Part shown: positions 13,601 to 25,309 of the stretch, piece by piece
How the letters are laid out: every line of letters begins with the position of its first letter
Position numbering within the stretch: the first letter of the stretch is position 1
NCBI GenBank assembly: GCA_051047955.1
Contig: JBPGPT010000010.1
Location: forward strand, 372,001 to 436,000
Length of the DNA stretch: 64,000 bases
Direction: 5' to 3'
Source: Cystobasidiomycetes sp. EMM_F5
Lineage: Eukaryota
Notes under the pieces: model-generated
The model's database searches: none
Told to the model about the DNA's origin: nothing
What the model saw: only the letters and a program-made list of their open reading frames with translations
Program-made: the position numbers and the translations under genes

Positions 13601-14435
13601 TTATGCTGACATTTCCTCAGATTGCTCGAGGATGCCGAAGCCGCTTCCGAGTGGTCAGTATCAGGCAATCAACGTCTGATCAAGAAGTATCTTGGGCATT
13701 TCCGGGTATACGATGCGAAACGTCAAAACAAAGCACAGCTGGCTCTCCTGGCCATATCACCGCCGGTCGTTGACGAAGCAATCCCAGATGAATCTACTGA
13801 CAGTCCCTCGATGTCACAAGACCTAGCTGCTCAGCTTTCCGAAGCCGATGGGCGCTCTCTTAAGCGGAAGTCGCGTAGACTACCGAATATCGAGTCAGCG
13901 GCTGCTGATATAGCTCTGGCGACCAGCGAACTTCAACACCGGCGTACAGAACTTGCTAAGGTTGACCAAATGCACCGTAATGTATCGATAATGCTGCAGT
14001 CCACTCTACGGGATGTTGGCATGATACAAGAGCGTGTCATCCCACTTATTGCTCTTCGGGTAAGGGCGAACACCACTAGGATTATCAATACTAATAGCGC
14101 ACGCGCAGATTACAGAAGTGAAGAACTCCCACGACAGATTAAAGGAAGTCGCTGGAAGCGGGCCTCATCGATACTGGGATCGCGTATTTTACGTTGTCCA
14201 TGAGGTTATCAAAGCTGTATTTTGGGCATTGTGGTTCTTGTACCTGTAAGCTGTGAGCAAGGCGGCGTGAAAATCAGAAGCTGACGCTGTCAATCACGAC
14301 AGGCTGTTTCGCAGCTTGAAGGCAAGCTTACTGCTTGTCATTCACTTTATAGTCGGAGTACTGCAAGGCATTTGGCGCGTGAACAGGTGGTGGACTAAGA
14401 CAGTTCACTCGAAAGCCGGTAGCGGCCCACCGTGA
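10640..14435 (+). CDS. Large Ser/Arg-rich protein with a C-terminal coiled coil and hydrophobic tail (possibly Mtc4-like)
   Basis: A 980-codon first exon is followed by three GT-AG introns, giving a helical region and ...RYWDRVFYVVHEVIKAVFWALWFLYLLFRSLKASLLLVIHFIVGVLQGIWRVNRWW..., TGA 14433-14435. Confidence 0.65.
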
Positions 14436-14659
14436 TCCTGCCGGTGTGAAATCGAGGCTTTGCTTTCTGACAGCTTCTCAGCGCAGTATGCGTCAGAGGG
14501 CCTGGACTGCGTGAGATTCGGGATCTTACCGAAAGCGATACGTGACCGACGTGTCTTGCACCGCGATGCAACGCAATCTTTAAAATGGCATCCACCTCAG
14601 CCTGTCTCTCCTCTTCTCTCCACTTCCAGCTATTATTCCGCTACGTCAGAGGCATTGCA

Positions 14660-15889
14660 ATGCACGCAGGGCGTCATGTGGCCTCACTCGCTATTGTGAT
14701 AGCTTTCCTGATTGATCAGGCTAAAAGTATCGAAGGCTTGAGGATCGCAACCTTCAATATCCGGCAACAAAGAGCTCGCGATACAAAACAGCAGTGTGAT
14801 CTCTGGAAGGAACACACCTGGACCTACCGCGGGTAAGCATTTTCGATGTGGCAGGTCAGTCTCATGCACCGCTGAACGAGCTTCCGATAGCCCTGCGATA
14901 GTTGAGCAGATCAAGCAAGTGAATCCGCAAATCATCGGACTGCAAGAAGTATCAACGTACCAGCTGGGTTATTTGAAAGAGCAACTGGGTCAGCTCGGAT
15001 ATAAGGCCGCTGCAGCTCGGAAAGTAAGTTGAATACAGCTGTCTTTGTGCCAAAGCCGCAAAAACTGGTGTTCGCTAATGAAATCTCGATCCTGATCGTA
15101 GCATGCCTCCCCAATCTTCTATCAATCATCTGTACTGACTTTGGACTGCTTAAAACGGCACTGGCTATCCGAGTAAGCTGCGGCAGTATTATTAGAATCC
15201 TCCCACGGCTAAATATAGCTCCCACGGATAGGACCCCAGAGATCCCATCCCGTGGCTGGGATGCCGTGCGTCATTGGTTCACTCCTTGTAATATTGCCAA
15301 TTCATGACATGCTGTCACCCCTAGAAATTCAACGCGTCTGTCCTGGTGGCAGACTTTCAGTACTCAGATGCAGCGGGCACGCAGAAGATTACCGTCCTCA
15401 ATGCTGTAAGCATCAGCTTATCCCACTCGATAGCATCTCGCTGACAGCCGTTCCGGTCAGCACTTTGATTACGTTGGCGCAACAGCTCGGGAGGAATCGT
15501 CAAAACTGGTCGTAAAGCTTCTTCAACCTTACGCTCAGAATGGAGCCGGAGACACTTTAACGCTCATTACGGGCGACCTCAATCAGGATGCTGAGTCAGA
15601 GCCTGGCTACGGGATTATAACCGGCCATCGTTACGAGGTAGCAGAAGGAGGAAGTTCCGACACGTTTATCGATACGAGGCGCGCTGCAAATGCATCAGAC
15701 GTCACGACTTTCACAACCTTCAAGGCAATCCCCGCTCAAAAGGTGATCGACTTCATATTTGTCCAAGACAATGGCGTTATTGGCTCGCAGTGGAATGTGG
15801 TTGGCCACGAGGTTGTCAGCAACGTTGGATCGGAAGGCTTCCGGATTTCAGACCATCAACTAGTCACGACGTGCTTTGGAAAGCCATAG
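14660..15889 (+). CDS. Secreted endonuclease/exonuclease/phosphatase (EEP, DNase I-like) family protein, copy 1
   Basis: Hydrophobic N-terminus, then LRIATFNIR, IIGLQE, PIFY, WLSETP..PSRGWD, NAHFD, GDLN, IDFIFV and SDH. Five GT-AG introns give an uninterrupted frame. Confidence 0.82.
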
Positions 15890-16215
15890 TCAAATCGTGA
15901 GTGAAAGGTGAATACCTACACGCTACGGAAAAACTGCGGTCTGCAGCATTTATCCGACTAAGCTGGAACAAGCAGCACAGAGCAGGCTCGCTGCCTGCTG
16001 TTGATTGCAACTGTCGAGTATTGTCGCAGGCCGGCGATGGTCGATCCCACATGGCCACGACATGCAAAATCGTCAGCAGGAACAACAGAATGGTAGGCGC
16101 TGCTGCGCGGGACAGCCTCGCTAAGCGACTGCAGTGCTTCACAGCTCGTTGAGGTTGGTAAAGGGTAGCTCTTACACCCACGTGTACCGGCAGAGGTTGC
16201 GTGTAAAGGTGTCAA

Positions 16216-17415
16216 ATGCATGCTCGCCGCGGTCTGTTTGTACATGTCCAGTTGCTGGCCTGCCTGATCAAGGGTGTCGTAAAGGTCGACGGCCTGAGAA
16301 TCGCGACATTCAATATCCGACAAGATGACGCACGGAATGCGACTAAAGAGCCCATCATCTGGAAGGAGCATCCGTGGACACTTCGCGGGTATGATACCAG
16401 AAGTCACAAGACCGACAGCATATGCTGACCGTTCGCCACTCCGCTCCAGTGCCGCAGTCGTGAAGCAGATCAAGACTGTGAACCCTGATATTATCGGGTT
16501 ACAAGAGGTGTCCGACTATCAGCTCAAGTACCTCAAGAAGAGATTGGGTCGGTATGGATACAGTGCTGCCTCCCTTCCCCAGGTACATCGCCCTCGCACC
16601 TCTACCCAAATGGTTCAAACTAAGCTGATCAGAGGTTTGTACGGATCACAGCAAGCCTCGCCTATCTTCTATCGGGCGTCTGTGCTGAAGCTGAGCTCAC
16701 TGAAGCGGTTCTGGCTCTCCGAGTAAGGCTTTCAAATTTGACGATGTAAGCAGGGCTTTTCTGACTGCCCACTATTCATACTGCAGAACGCCACAAAGAC
16801 CATCACGAGGCTGGGATGGAGTAAGTCTGCTTGCACTACCGTATTGAACGCTTTCAGCGCTGATTTGGCGCGTCCAGAAATTCGAAGCCTCTGCCCTGTT
16901 GGTTGACTTCCGCTACTCGAGCCCGGAAGGCGACGCCAAGATACGAGTCTTCAATGCTGTAAGTGCTGAAACTTTGCGTCTCTATCACAGTTCTGACTTT
17001 GTAGGCGCAGCATTTTGATTACGCTGGGAGTAAAGCCCGCGAAGAATCTTCGAAACTTGTATTGCGCCTTTTGCAACCACATCTGAAGCATGGTATGGGC
17101 GATGCCTTGACGCTTCTCATCGGAGATCTAAATCAAGAAGCAAGTGGAGAGCCAGGGTATGGCATCCTCACGGTCGGCGGGCAGGGCACATTTATAGACA
17201 CAAGACTGGCTGCAAAGGCTCCCGACGTTACTACATTCACCGATTTCATGCCAGACTCTGCCCAGCGGACTATTGACTACATCTTGGTACAGAACAATGG
17301 CCTGATCAATTCGCGCTGGGACGTCGCTAGTTATGATGTCGTCAGCAATGTCGGCCCACAAGGCTATCGAATCTCGGATCACCAGATGGTTACGACCGAA
17401 TTTGAGCGGACGTAG
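16216..17415 (+). CDS. Secreted EEP family protein, copy 2 (paralog of copy 1)
   Basis: LRIATFNIR, DIIGLQE, PIFY, FWLSETP, NAHFD, GDLN, IDYILV and SDH, with the same five intron positions as copy 1. Confidence 0.83.
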
Positions 17416-17806
17416 CCATTCAAGCACACTCAGAGATACGGATCCGATCTGCGGCATACTGTATACATGATGCTACCGCGCTCCAACAGAACGGACTGCA
17501 CCACACAGCTGCGCAGATGGCAAACCCCGGCGGGTGCAGAAATGACGTGGCCCGTAAGTGCGCCAGGACATGTAGCGAAGGTTGCGTTTGTCGGCCAGTC
17601 GGAAATTGACCATATTGTGACGCGAGGAGAAGCACTCTTCCGCCATCATTAGAAGGGTCATACTGGACCAGGACAATGTATGCCCAGCCAATATACATAC
17701 CAATTGGCGCTGCCGGCCGGTGTGACAACATGCAAAGTTTGACATCTTGTGACAAGTTTGGCTGTCGTCATTGTCACTCTGCGCACAGACCGTCCAAACA
17801 TGCGAC

Positions 17807-18957
17807 ATGTTGCCATGCTCCGTTGCCGTCCTCCTCTTTGCATCTGCTGCAGCTGCTCAGGCTAGAGAGCTAGTGCTGCCGTACGCCCACATGTTTAGCA
17901 GTGACACTGTCCATGATGCCCCGCTTCAGACTTCGCGAATCAAGCTGGCGACACTCAACGTTCGCTACGCACCGCCTGGTCAGTCCACGTCCCCACCATG
18001 GCGCAACGACGACGAATGGCCGTGGGTGTATCGAAGGGAGGCCATCATAGACCAGGTTGCCTGGGAAAGCCCGGACATCGTAGGGTTTCAAGAATGTCTC
18101 TTCGGCCAGCTTCAAGATCTGCAGAATGCGTTAGCACCAGTCTATGACTCTGTCGGAGTCGGTCGCGATGACGGAGAGCGAGCTGGGGAGGCGGTTCCTA
18201 TCTTCTACAACAAAGCTCGGTTCGCCAGAGTCTCAGTCGAATATTTCTGGCTGTCAAAGTCAGTGCTGAGGCTTCGATACGATAGGGCACTAAATACGTC
18301 CTCTGAAACCTTTGCAGAACGCCTACCGTCCCTGGCTCCAAAGACTGGGATGCCGGGCAGACTCGCATGGTGACGCTGATTTATCTTCGAGACTTGTCGG
18401 CAAACGGTAGCGACATATACGTGCTCAACACCCACTACGACGACCGAGGAGAAGTATCTCGCGCCGAAGCTTCGAAGATTGTTTTGTCTAGACTACGATT
18501 GCTCACGCAAAGCAGTAATGACACTTCCTCTCCTCCGCTCATTCTGCTGCTTGGGGATCTCAACTCCCCTCCAGACGAAGATGGGTATCGGATACTGACT
18601 GGATATCGATACACGACAGGCGGATCTCCAATCAACGGTACTATGCTGGACGCAAGGCATTTGCAGCCGTATCGATCCGTTAACGGGACTGTCAGTTTGG
18701 AAGCAAGCCTGCTTTCAGCACGGCCGTATGGCTCCAATATGACTTTCACAGGCTTCTCAAGTGGAGCAAATCCGCAGCCTATCGACTTTATTCTGTTTGC
18801 GGACAATGGAGCAGTGCGCGGGGCAGGGACAACACGAGCCAATTCAAATCAGTATACTGTCACGCGTTTTGGAGTCATTCCCAACAAGTTTGAGAACGGT
18901 GACTACCCGTTCCGCCTCAGCGACCACAACATGGTCGTAGCTGTACTTGAGCGATGA
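17807..18957 (+). CDS. Secreted EEP family protein, copy 3 (canonical fungal type)
   Basis: Signal peptide MLPCSVAVLLFASAAAA, then ATLNVRY, DIVGFQE, GVGRDDGERAGEAVPIFY, FWLS|KTP, NTHYDDRG, GDLNS, IDFI and SDH. One intron. Confidence 0.88.
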
Positions 18958-19059
18958 CTGCTCGACATCCATGTATGTAGCCTGGTTTCGTTATCATGCA
19001 TCTTGTTGTTCTGCCAAGTTTGAAATGAACCTGAATACCGCGCTTGGACAACATGTACT

Positions 19060-20628
19060 ATGCTACTGAGCCGTTTTCGCGACAAGTCTGGTCGCGTTGA
19101 ATGCCACTTCTGTTGCTCGCATTTTTCCTTGCGAGATGCAAAGGCTCCCCAACACAGAGACCTTGAAATTATCGATGGCACATGGGCTACGTGGAAGTGC
19201 AAACGCTGTGACAGCTGGAATCTGAGAGATCCTGCTACTGGCGAATTTGTCGAAGATGCGCAGGTGTTTGCTGACACTCGCTTCAATGAACCGACTAGAC
19301 GCCCAAGTCATTGGACGACTATTTCCACAACATCGCCATTCTGCAAAGATTGTCTGATATCACAGCAGTTACGGATACAACTTCTGGCCGCATACATCCC
19401 TCGCGATGTTGATGCGGCTACAGAGACCGCCTTGCTGGAGCGACTTCCAGGATATTTACTAAGCCTAGATGCACGCTACCCACTTGTGTGTGACGGCTGT
19501 AGAAATACTGTTCAAGAAACCCTGCAGCAGAACACTTGGCGTGCTAAAGCTCGAATGGTTGGTGGATGGCTCCGTCATTCGTCTGCAAAAAGGTCATCTC
19601 AAGCCGTCACACCGCCAGAAACGACAATTCATGCTTGGCAGATCAAGGGCGCTCTATGGCATCTGACATACTGCATGGCTATTATAGCTAGCGTCTATTT
19701 GACGCCGATGACTGGTGCGATTCCTCTGTATGCCACACCCAAAAGCGCATTGGATATCGCTTGGCCTCCCACAGCCTTTCCGGCCCTGGCCATAGTGTCT
19801 GTTCTGTGGTCATTCTGGGATCCTACATTCAGGGAACGTCGCCGTACTCAGTGTAGGCAGCACGGCCGCAATCGTTGGCTTTTTCTGCAAGGCAGTCTGT
19901 TCATGCTGCGTCTCTATCTGGCAATCGGTGTAGTAAAGCAACGTAGCACACCAACATGGTTGCTGCATGTTTCCTTTACTGGTCACTTCTTTGCTCTGCT
20001 GCTGCGGAATCAAATCACATTTGTCACCGGTCCCCGACGAGCCAATCTACGCACACATTCACTGCGTTCTTCACCTATATTACCGTCTCAGTTGCAGAAT
20101 GAACCGGCTCAGGATATGTCTCTGCGAAGTAATCGTGATGCGAATCGAAGCCATGGATATTGTAATGCATCGCAATTCGGCATTACAAGTACTCTCTCTA
20201 ATCCCAAGCAGTCTCATCACACTCCTTCGGTGACTGTGAATGAAATCGGAGGCCCGTACATGGATTGGCAAGCCTCCGCTGCAGATCTTGATGACAAGAT
20301 GGACGTAGACGAATTTGCGCCAATTAGTAACCTGCAGCAATATAGCGACGTCAGCGTGGACACGGCCCGAAGGGTTGCATTCCGGCCTGCCGTCTTTGAT
20401 CCACCGCAGGATAGCTGGAGTACCGGAAGCGCCAATCCGGCGAAAGGTCTGGAGAGATTGTTTGAGCAAGGTGTGCGCTTGCGGGATGTGCAGGACGAGA
20501 TCATGGAAGATGTAATTGGTAGCGGGAGGACCCGTATTGCACTCCGGTCCATGTTAGCGATCGTATTTGCCCCAGGAATCGTTGCAATAGTAGCATACTA
20601 CGCGGCAAAGTACACGGAAATCATGTAA
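19060..20628 (+). CDS. ima1: Inner nuclear membrane protein Ima1 (Samp1/TMEM201 family)
   Basis: Four CxxC pairs (CHFC, CKRC, FCKDC..Q..L..YIP, RYPLVCDGC) match Ima1_N, followed by several transmembrane segments. Single exon. Confidence 0.85.
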   Translation: MLLSRFRDKSGRVECHFCCSHFSLRDAKAPQHRDLEIIDGTWATWKCKRCDSWNLRDPATGEFVEDAQVFADTRFNEPTRRPSHWTTISTTSPFCKDCLISQQLRIQLLAAYIPRDVDAATETALLERLPGYLLSLDARYPLVCDGCRNTVQETLQQNTWRAKARMVGGWLRHSSAKRSSQAVTPPETTIHAWQIKGALWHLTYCMAIIASVYLTPMTGAIPLYATPKSALDIAWPPTAFPALAIVSVLWSFWDPTFRERRRTQCRQHGRNRWLFLQGSLFMLRLYLAIGVVKQRSTPTWLLHVSFTGHFFALLLRNQITFVTGPRRANLRTHSLRSSPILPSQLQNEPAQDMSLRSNRDANRSHGYCNASQFGITSTLSNPKQSHHTPSVTVNEIGGPYMDWQASAADLDDKMDVDEFAPISNLQQYSDVSVDTARRVAFRPAVFDPPQDSWSTGSANPAKGLERLFEQGVRLRDVQDEIMEDVIGSGRTRIALRSMLAIVFAPGIVAIVAYYAAKYTEIM

Positions 20629-20764
20629 CAAAATCACAGAACGCAAGCGGAATGGTGATGTTGAGTATCGCTACAGATTAATATGCGGGATAAGCGAACA
20701 AACAATGACGATAGAACTGATTGGGTAGTGACTGGTAGTGACCTGCTTACTCAACAGTTGGATA

Positions 20765-23038
20765 CTATCGCAGATAACCGTGGGCTGGGGTCGCTGAATA
20801 CCGAAGAACCTCGTTGCGCGAAGGGGGTCTAGAGATGGCAAGGCCGGACTCGATGAGGGATGGAAGTGGATTTTGTCCGACTGATTCGTTGCGTTCAAAC
20901 GTCAATGCGTCCGCTATGCTGGGACGGTAGTGATGATCACTGCTCGAAGGCGATCGCGATGATGTACTGTCAAAAAGCAAGGCAGCGGGCGGAGTATTGA
21001 GCAAAGCTCTTCGCGCTGCATGCCGTTGAAGCTCGCTACTCGTTGATGACAAAGGGTCGCCTGATGAGAGAGAGGCTGCATTCGGGTCAGCTGGTATAGG
21101 ATCTTCCAGTATTGTATGCCTTTCGTATGCCTTTGCTTTCGCAAGCTGTAATTTCCGAGCCGTGTCCCACACTTCTCCGGGTCCAGAATAGGGACTGTAG
21201 ATTGACCTTGTATCGCCTTTGTTAGATGGGCCTGCGCTACTACCCAATCCGGATGCTGAACTTTGCAGATCAACCACTCCAGCCGGATTCTCCAATACCA
21301 CCTTTAGTTTCTCAGTTAGGTCGAGCGCTCTGGAAGTGAAGACGATTCGGATAGCCTTGTGCAAGTATATATGCGATGCAGTAGGCGCGGGATTTGGTAC
21401 AGAATTCTGGCCGGGCTTGTGCGGAGAATTCCGTCGGCCTCCATTTCTGACGGCGCTGTGCTCGAAGCCTCTGTGGGAAGCGGTGCGATATGTGTGATGA
21501 TGCGTCTGATCCGAATGCGATGTACCGGATTGCGAAGCAGGCGCGCCTTTCTTCCTTCCCCGCTCCTTATCCTTCACTGGCGGAGCACAAAACTGCAAAT
21601 GGATAGCATAACGAAGTGTCTCTCTGGCTGACAGGTTAGATGAAGATCCTTCAGAAGGTGTACTGTCGTGCTTTTGTCCCGCGGATGGCAGATCATAGCT
21701 TTTTTGACGGAGGAACGTCTTTGTACCAGGTGGCATATCGGATAAATCATACGGGATTAGAAATAGCTTGACGCCCGTCTGGTTGGCATTCTTGATGACG
21801 ACTTGGATTTGACCCTTTGAAGGTATGCGATAACCTGGAAATTTTGGCGCAGCCGTTTTGCCCACGTCGACGGCTTCCGGATTGTGCACATCGAGCGATG
21901 ACGGCTCTGCAGCGGCTTCGTTGAGCTGAGATATGTAATGCTCTTCCAAATCTAAAGTCCCAACATACGGGCTACCCTTGCCCTGCCGATCCCGATTATC
22001 CATATCCCAAAAGTATGCCCCGAAATCAATGTTGAGATGGTCTGGGCACCTCAGACGGCTCGGAATATCCTTGCCGATACCCAGTACGCCAATCTGAGCG
22101 GAGAATGGTAAAGCTGTAGCATTGGATGGCTTGTTTGCCATCCGGCCGGATAGAATTGATGCCTCGAAAGACCCTACAAAACTGGAACTGAACAGAGACG
22201 GTGATGGCGGGTTGTTGAAAGGGCCAATGTAGTCGTCTCCTGCATTCCTGGATGTATCAAACGAGTGATCGGGAGAGGCGAAGCTGCCACTCGACCTTCG
22301 CCTTTGCGACAGGCTGGTTGAACGGGGCTGTCGCATAGCAGACGTCGGGCTTATGGAATGCGAGGATGATGCAACTAAATTGCCTTGATGCGATGGTGGA
22401 GATGGAGTGTAGCCAAAGCCTCGCAGACCCAGAGGACTCTGACGCTTCGGGCTGTGATTGTTATGTAGAGAAGGTTTCGGCGAAACATCGAAAGAGTCGT
22501 ACTCTTCGTCAGAAGAAGGAGAGGAAGCTATAGCTTCACCAAAGGCGAGGGCCGTGATAGAGCGACGAGCGTATGCGGATCTCGTTTCGGTAGTTCTGTT
22601 CGGGGAAAGCTGGTGCTCATTGACGCCATGACGAACACCGTTGCGGGCGTTTGGAATATCAATTGCGAGAGTGGAAGTCGAAGATTCGGAACCGCTATCA
22701 CTTGTTGCGGACGGGGAGAGGGGACGTTGTGAAAGAGGTGATGAAGTAAAGGATGGGCCTATATACGAAATGTACAATCAGTCTATGCCTATCCAATTCC
22801 CCAATTCCCGTAACAGCATCAAACACGCACTGCGCATAGTCTTGCTTCTTTGCTGCTGGCGCTGGGCTTTCAGACTTGCAACATCGATACTCGACGGTCG
22901 CACAGCTGCGTTACTCTGATGCGCAACATGCTTCGAAGTGTCGCTCGATAAGATGCCCAAGCCGTCCAAGGCCTGACTCGAAGACGGGGGAGCCTGCTGT
23001 CCGGCTGGACGATACGGCAGCGTGGGAGCCTGTACCAT
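20765..23038 (-). CDS. Atos/FAM214-like protein (DUF4210 plus chromosome-segregation C-terminal domain); start uncertain
   Basis: FVGSFEASILSGRM, AQIGVLG..RCPDH, SPYVG, GYRIPSKGQIQVVIKNANQTGVKLFLIPYDLSDMPPGTKTFLRQ and LRYAIHLQF. One intron at ~22759-22831. Confidence 0.85.
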
Positions 23039-23194
23039 CGCAGACCGGACACGTATGGTCACCTAGAGCAGCTCAGACACATCCAATCAAGTCGTGCGAA
23101 GGGCAGCTCTACAATCGGGTATGCAATGACCGATAGAGGCAGCCCGATCAGCTGCGACTTGTCTTTCTGACGACAGCTCTGATGCTCTTTATAC

Positions 23195-25088
23195 ATGTCC
23201 AGACGCCAAAAGCGAGTCGTAGATGACACTGACCGACTCGCGACCGCCGCAGTCCTCAACGAGCAGTCGACGAGCGGCGCGTCCTCGTATCTATCGGTCA
23301 AACAGAGCCCGGCGACTACCTTTAGCGCGGAAGAAAGCCTGACGAGTATATGCCTCGATGTGCTTGTAGAGCACTTTAGTGAGCTCCTACTCGATACTCG
23401 AGGGCAATTCCGAAGAAACGATGCCGGTGCCGTCGCCGCAAAGGGATGGATACATTTATACCCAGTCCGGGTGTGCAACAAGCTCTTACGGCTGCTTCTT
23501 GACAATTCTCAACGCACTGTATCTGGAGCACGGATATCAGCGTCGGCAATATCTGAAATCTTCCTCCGTCCGGCAGGTATAACTGCATTCACATTGCCTT
23601 GCACATACTTTCGCGCCGCACAACCACAGTACGACGCCTCGCAGCAAGTCGAGGAGGATCCAGAAAATGAGCTTCTAGGCAGCATTGCGAAAGACAAGCG
23701 CGATGTCAATCGAGAGCAGGCGGCACTCCGTCGAGCTGCGCAGGACCGCCTAAATCTCATGACCGCACTCTCATCCTGTACTTCACTTCGCTTGCTCAAT
23801 TTGTCAGGTCAAGCAAAGCTCGAGGATACGGTCCTTGCATCGCTGTTTGAAAGTACGCCACACCTCGAGGAAGTCATTCTGCGAGGATGCATCGATGTTG
23901 GCGACAAGAGTCTAGTAGCGCTCTCTCGTACCGCCGGGGCAAAACAAAACCTGAAGACTCTCAATCTCAACTTTGCAGCAGTGACCGTTAAAGGCTTAAA
24001 ATCTTTGATCAGCCGTTGTAAGAGCTTGCAGGTATTAAAACTGGGTAGCATCAATGGATTAGTAAGCTTCTCTCTGCTCGCATGCAGCGTTCCAAGCTCA
24101 TTAAGGATTACAGACAGACGATGCCATTGCAGCCCTGCTCGATCCCGGTACATACGTGCCTGGGGATTGGAAGGCTTCCCCATTTTTGAATTTGACCAGT
24201 CTCAAATTGCGGTCTACAAAAATTGGTGACGCAGGTCTGAGAGCCATCCTACCCTTGACACCTGTCTTGGAGAGATTGGATATATCCTATACGAAGATTA
24301 GATCTCTGGACATTCTTGCAGACTTTATTACTACGTCACAAGCCTCTCCCTCTGGGCTTGTAAAACTCTCAATATCCGGACTGACACTTCGACGCGACAA
24401 TGAATTGGATCGACTATTCAATCCGTGGTCCCGACTTCCTGACGTCTCGCTAGATCGACTGAGAACGCTAAAGATGGGATCCCTAAATATGCCACAGACT
24501 TACTTTCACGATGCAGCATTGCGAAGGGTCCTGACGTTTCTGCAAAGCTTTTCGCAGCTTGAGAAAGTCTCGCTCTTTGGCAATAAGACTCTGTCGACCG
24601 GTAGCGCCGTAGGCCTAAGGGACTTCATCGGCCAAGTGGGCAGGAGGTGCGATACGCTCGACCTCTCCACCATACCTCTGACAGGCAGGCAGCTATCGGC
24701 TGCACTTCTCGACTATTTCGAAAACGAAGATGGTTCCGTCATACAGCCTCGCCTGCGAGTATTGCTTCTGAACAATTGTCGGATCGATGACGAGGCTTGC
24801 TATGCCATTTCTACGCTGTCAAATCTAGAGGAGCTGCACATTGAGCAAGCTACAATAACGGGTGAGTTATGCAACGCGCTTATCGAAGCAAGCCACTGAT
24901 TTGGCTTGGTTACAGTTGAGGGTATGAATCTAATCACGGCAGGATGCGCAAACTTGCGCGTCGTGAATCTCACCGGTTGTAGAGGTATTCCCACGCGAGA
25001 GCGAAGAGAGTGGTTCGAAACGCATGGAAGACATCCTGAACCTGCACTTCTTGCCAACAATAGGGGGAAGAGGCAGAGAAGAAGATAG
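23195..25088 (+). CDS. RNI-like leucine-rich repeat protein with a putative BC-box (Rad7-like architecture)
   Basis: Repeated LxxLxLxxC units (LRLLNLSG, LEEVILRGC, LKTLNLNF, LERLDISYT, LRVVNLTGC). N-terminal SLTSICLDVL and basic C-terminus RGKRQRRR. Two introns. Confidence 0.75.
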
Positions 25089-25309
25089 CGGTCCGCAAGT
25101 GACTGTTTCTTAGCATACGTCCCATCCGCAGGGCTTCAAGCGATTGGAGTGTTCAGCGAGACACTTCGGACCAAACAGCTATAAGCCACAGCAACGAGCG
25201 ACGAGCAAGCTTCCATTGACCGTACTGGTCAGATGGCACTACGAAATTTCGTTACAACGTCTATTCATAGCTTAACAGCGATTGAACAGTTTTAGAAGAG
25301 TCGTGTTAT

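Noticed and set aside
14660..18957. EEP domains as LINE retrotransposon endonucleases
   Set aside because: They have signal peptides and spliceosomal introns, with no reverse transcriptase, poly-A tail or target-site duplication.
18955..19023. Stop-codon readthrough (TGA CTG) to a cryptic peroxisomal signal
   Set aside because: The extension does not end in a PTS1-like tripeptide. I found none behind the other stops I checked (pirin, JMJD7, oxidoreductase).
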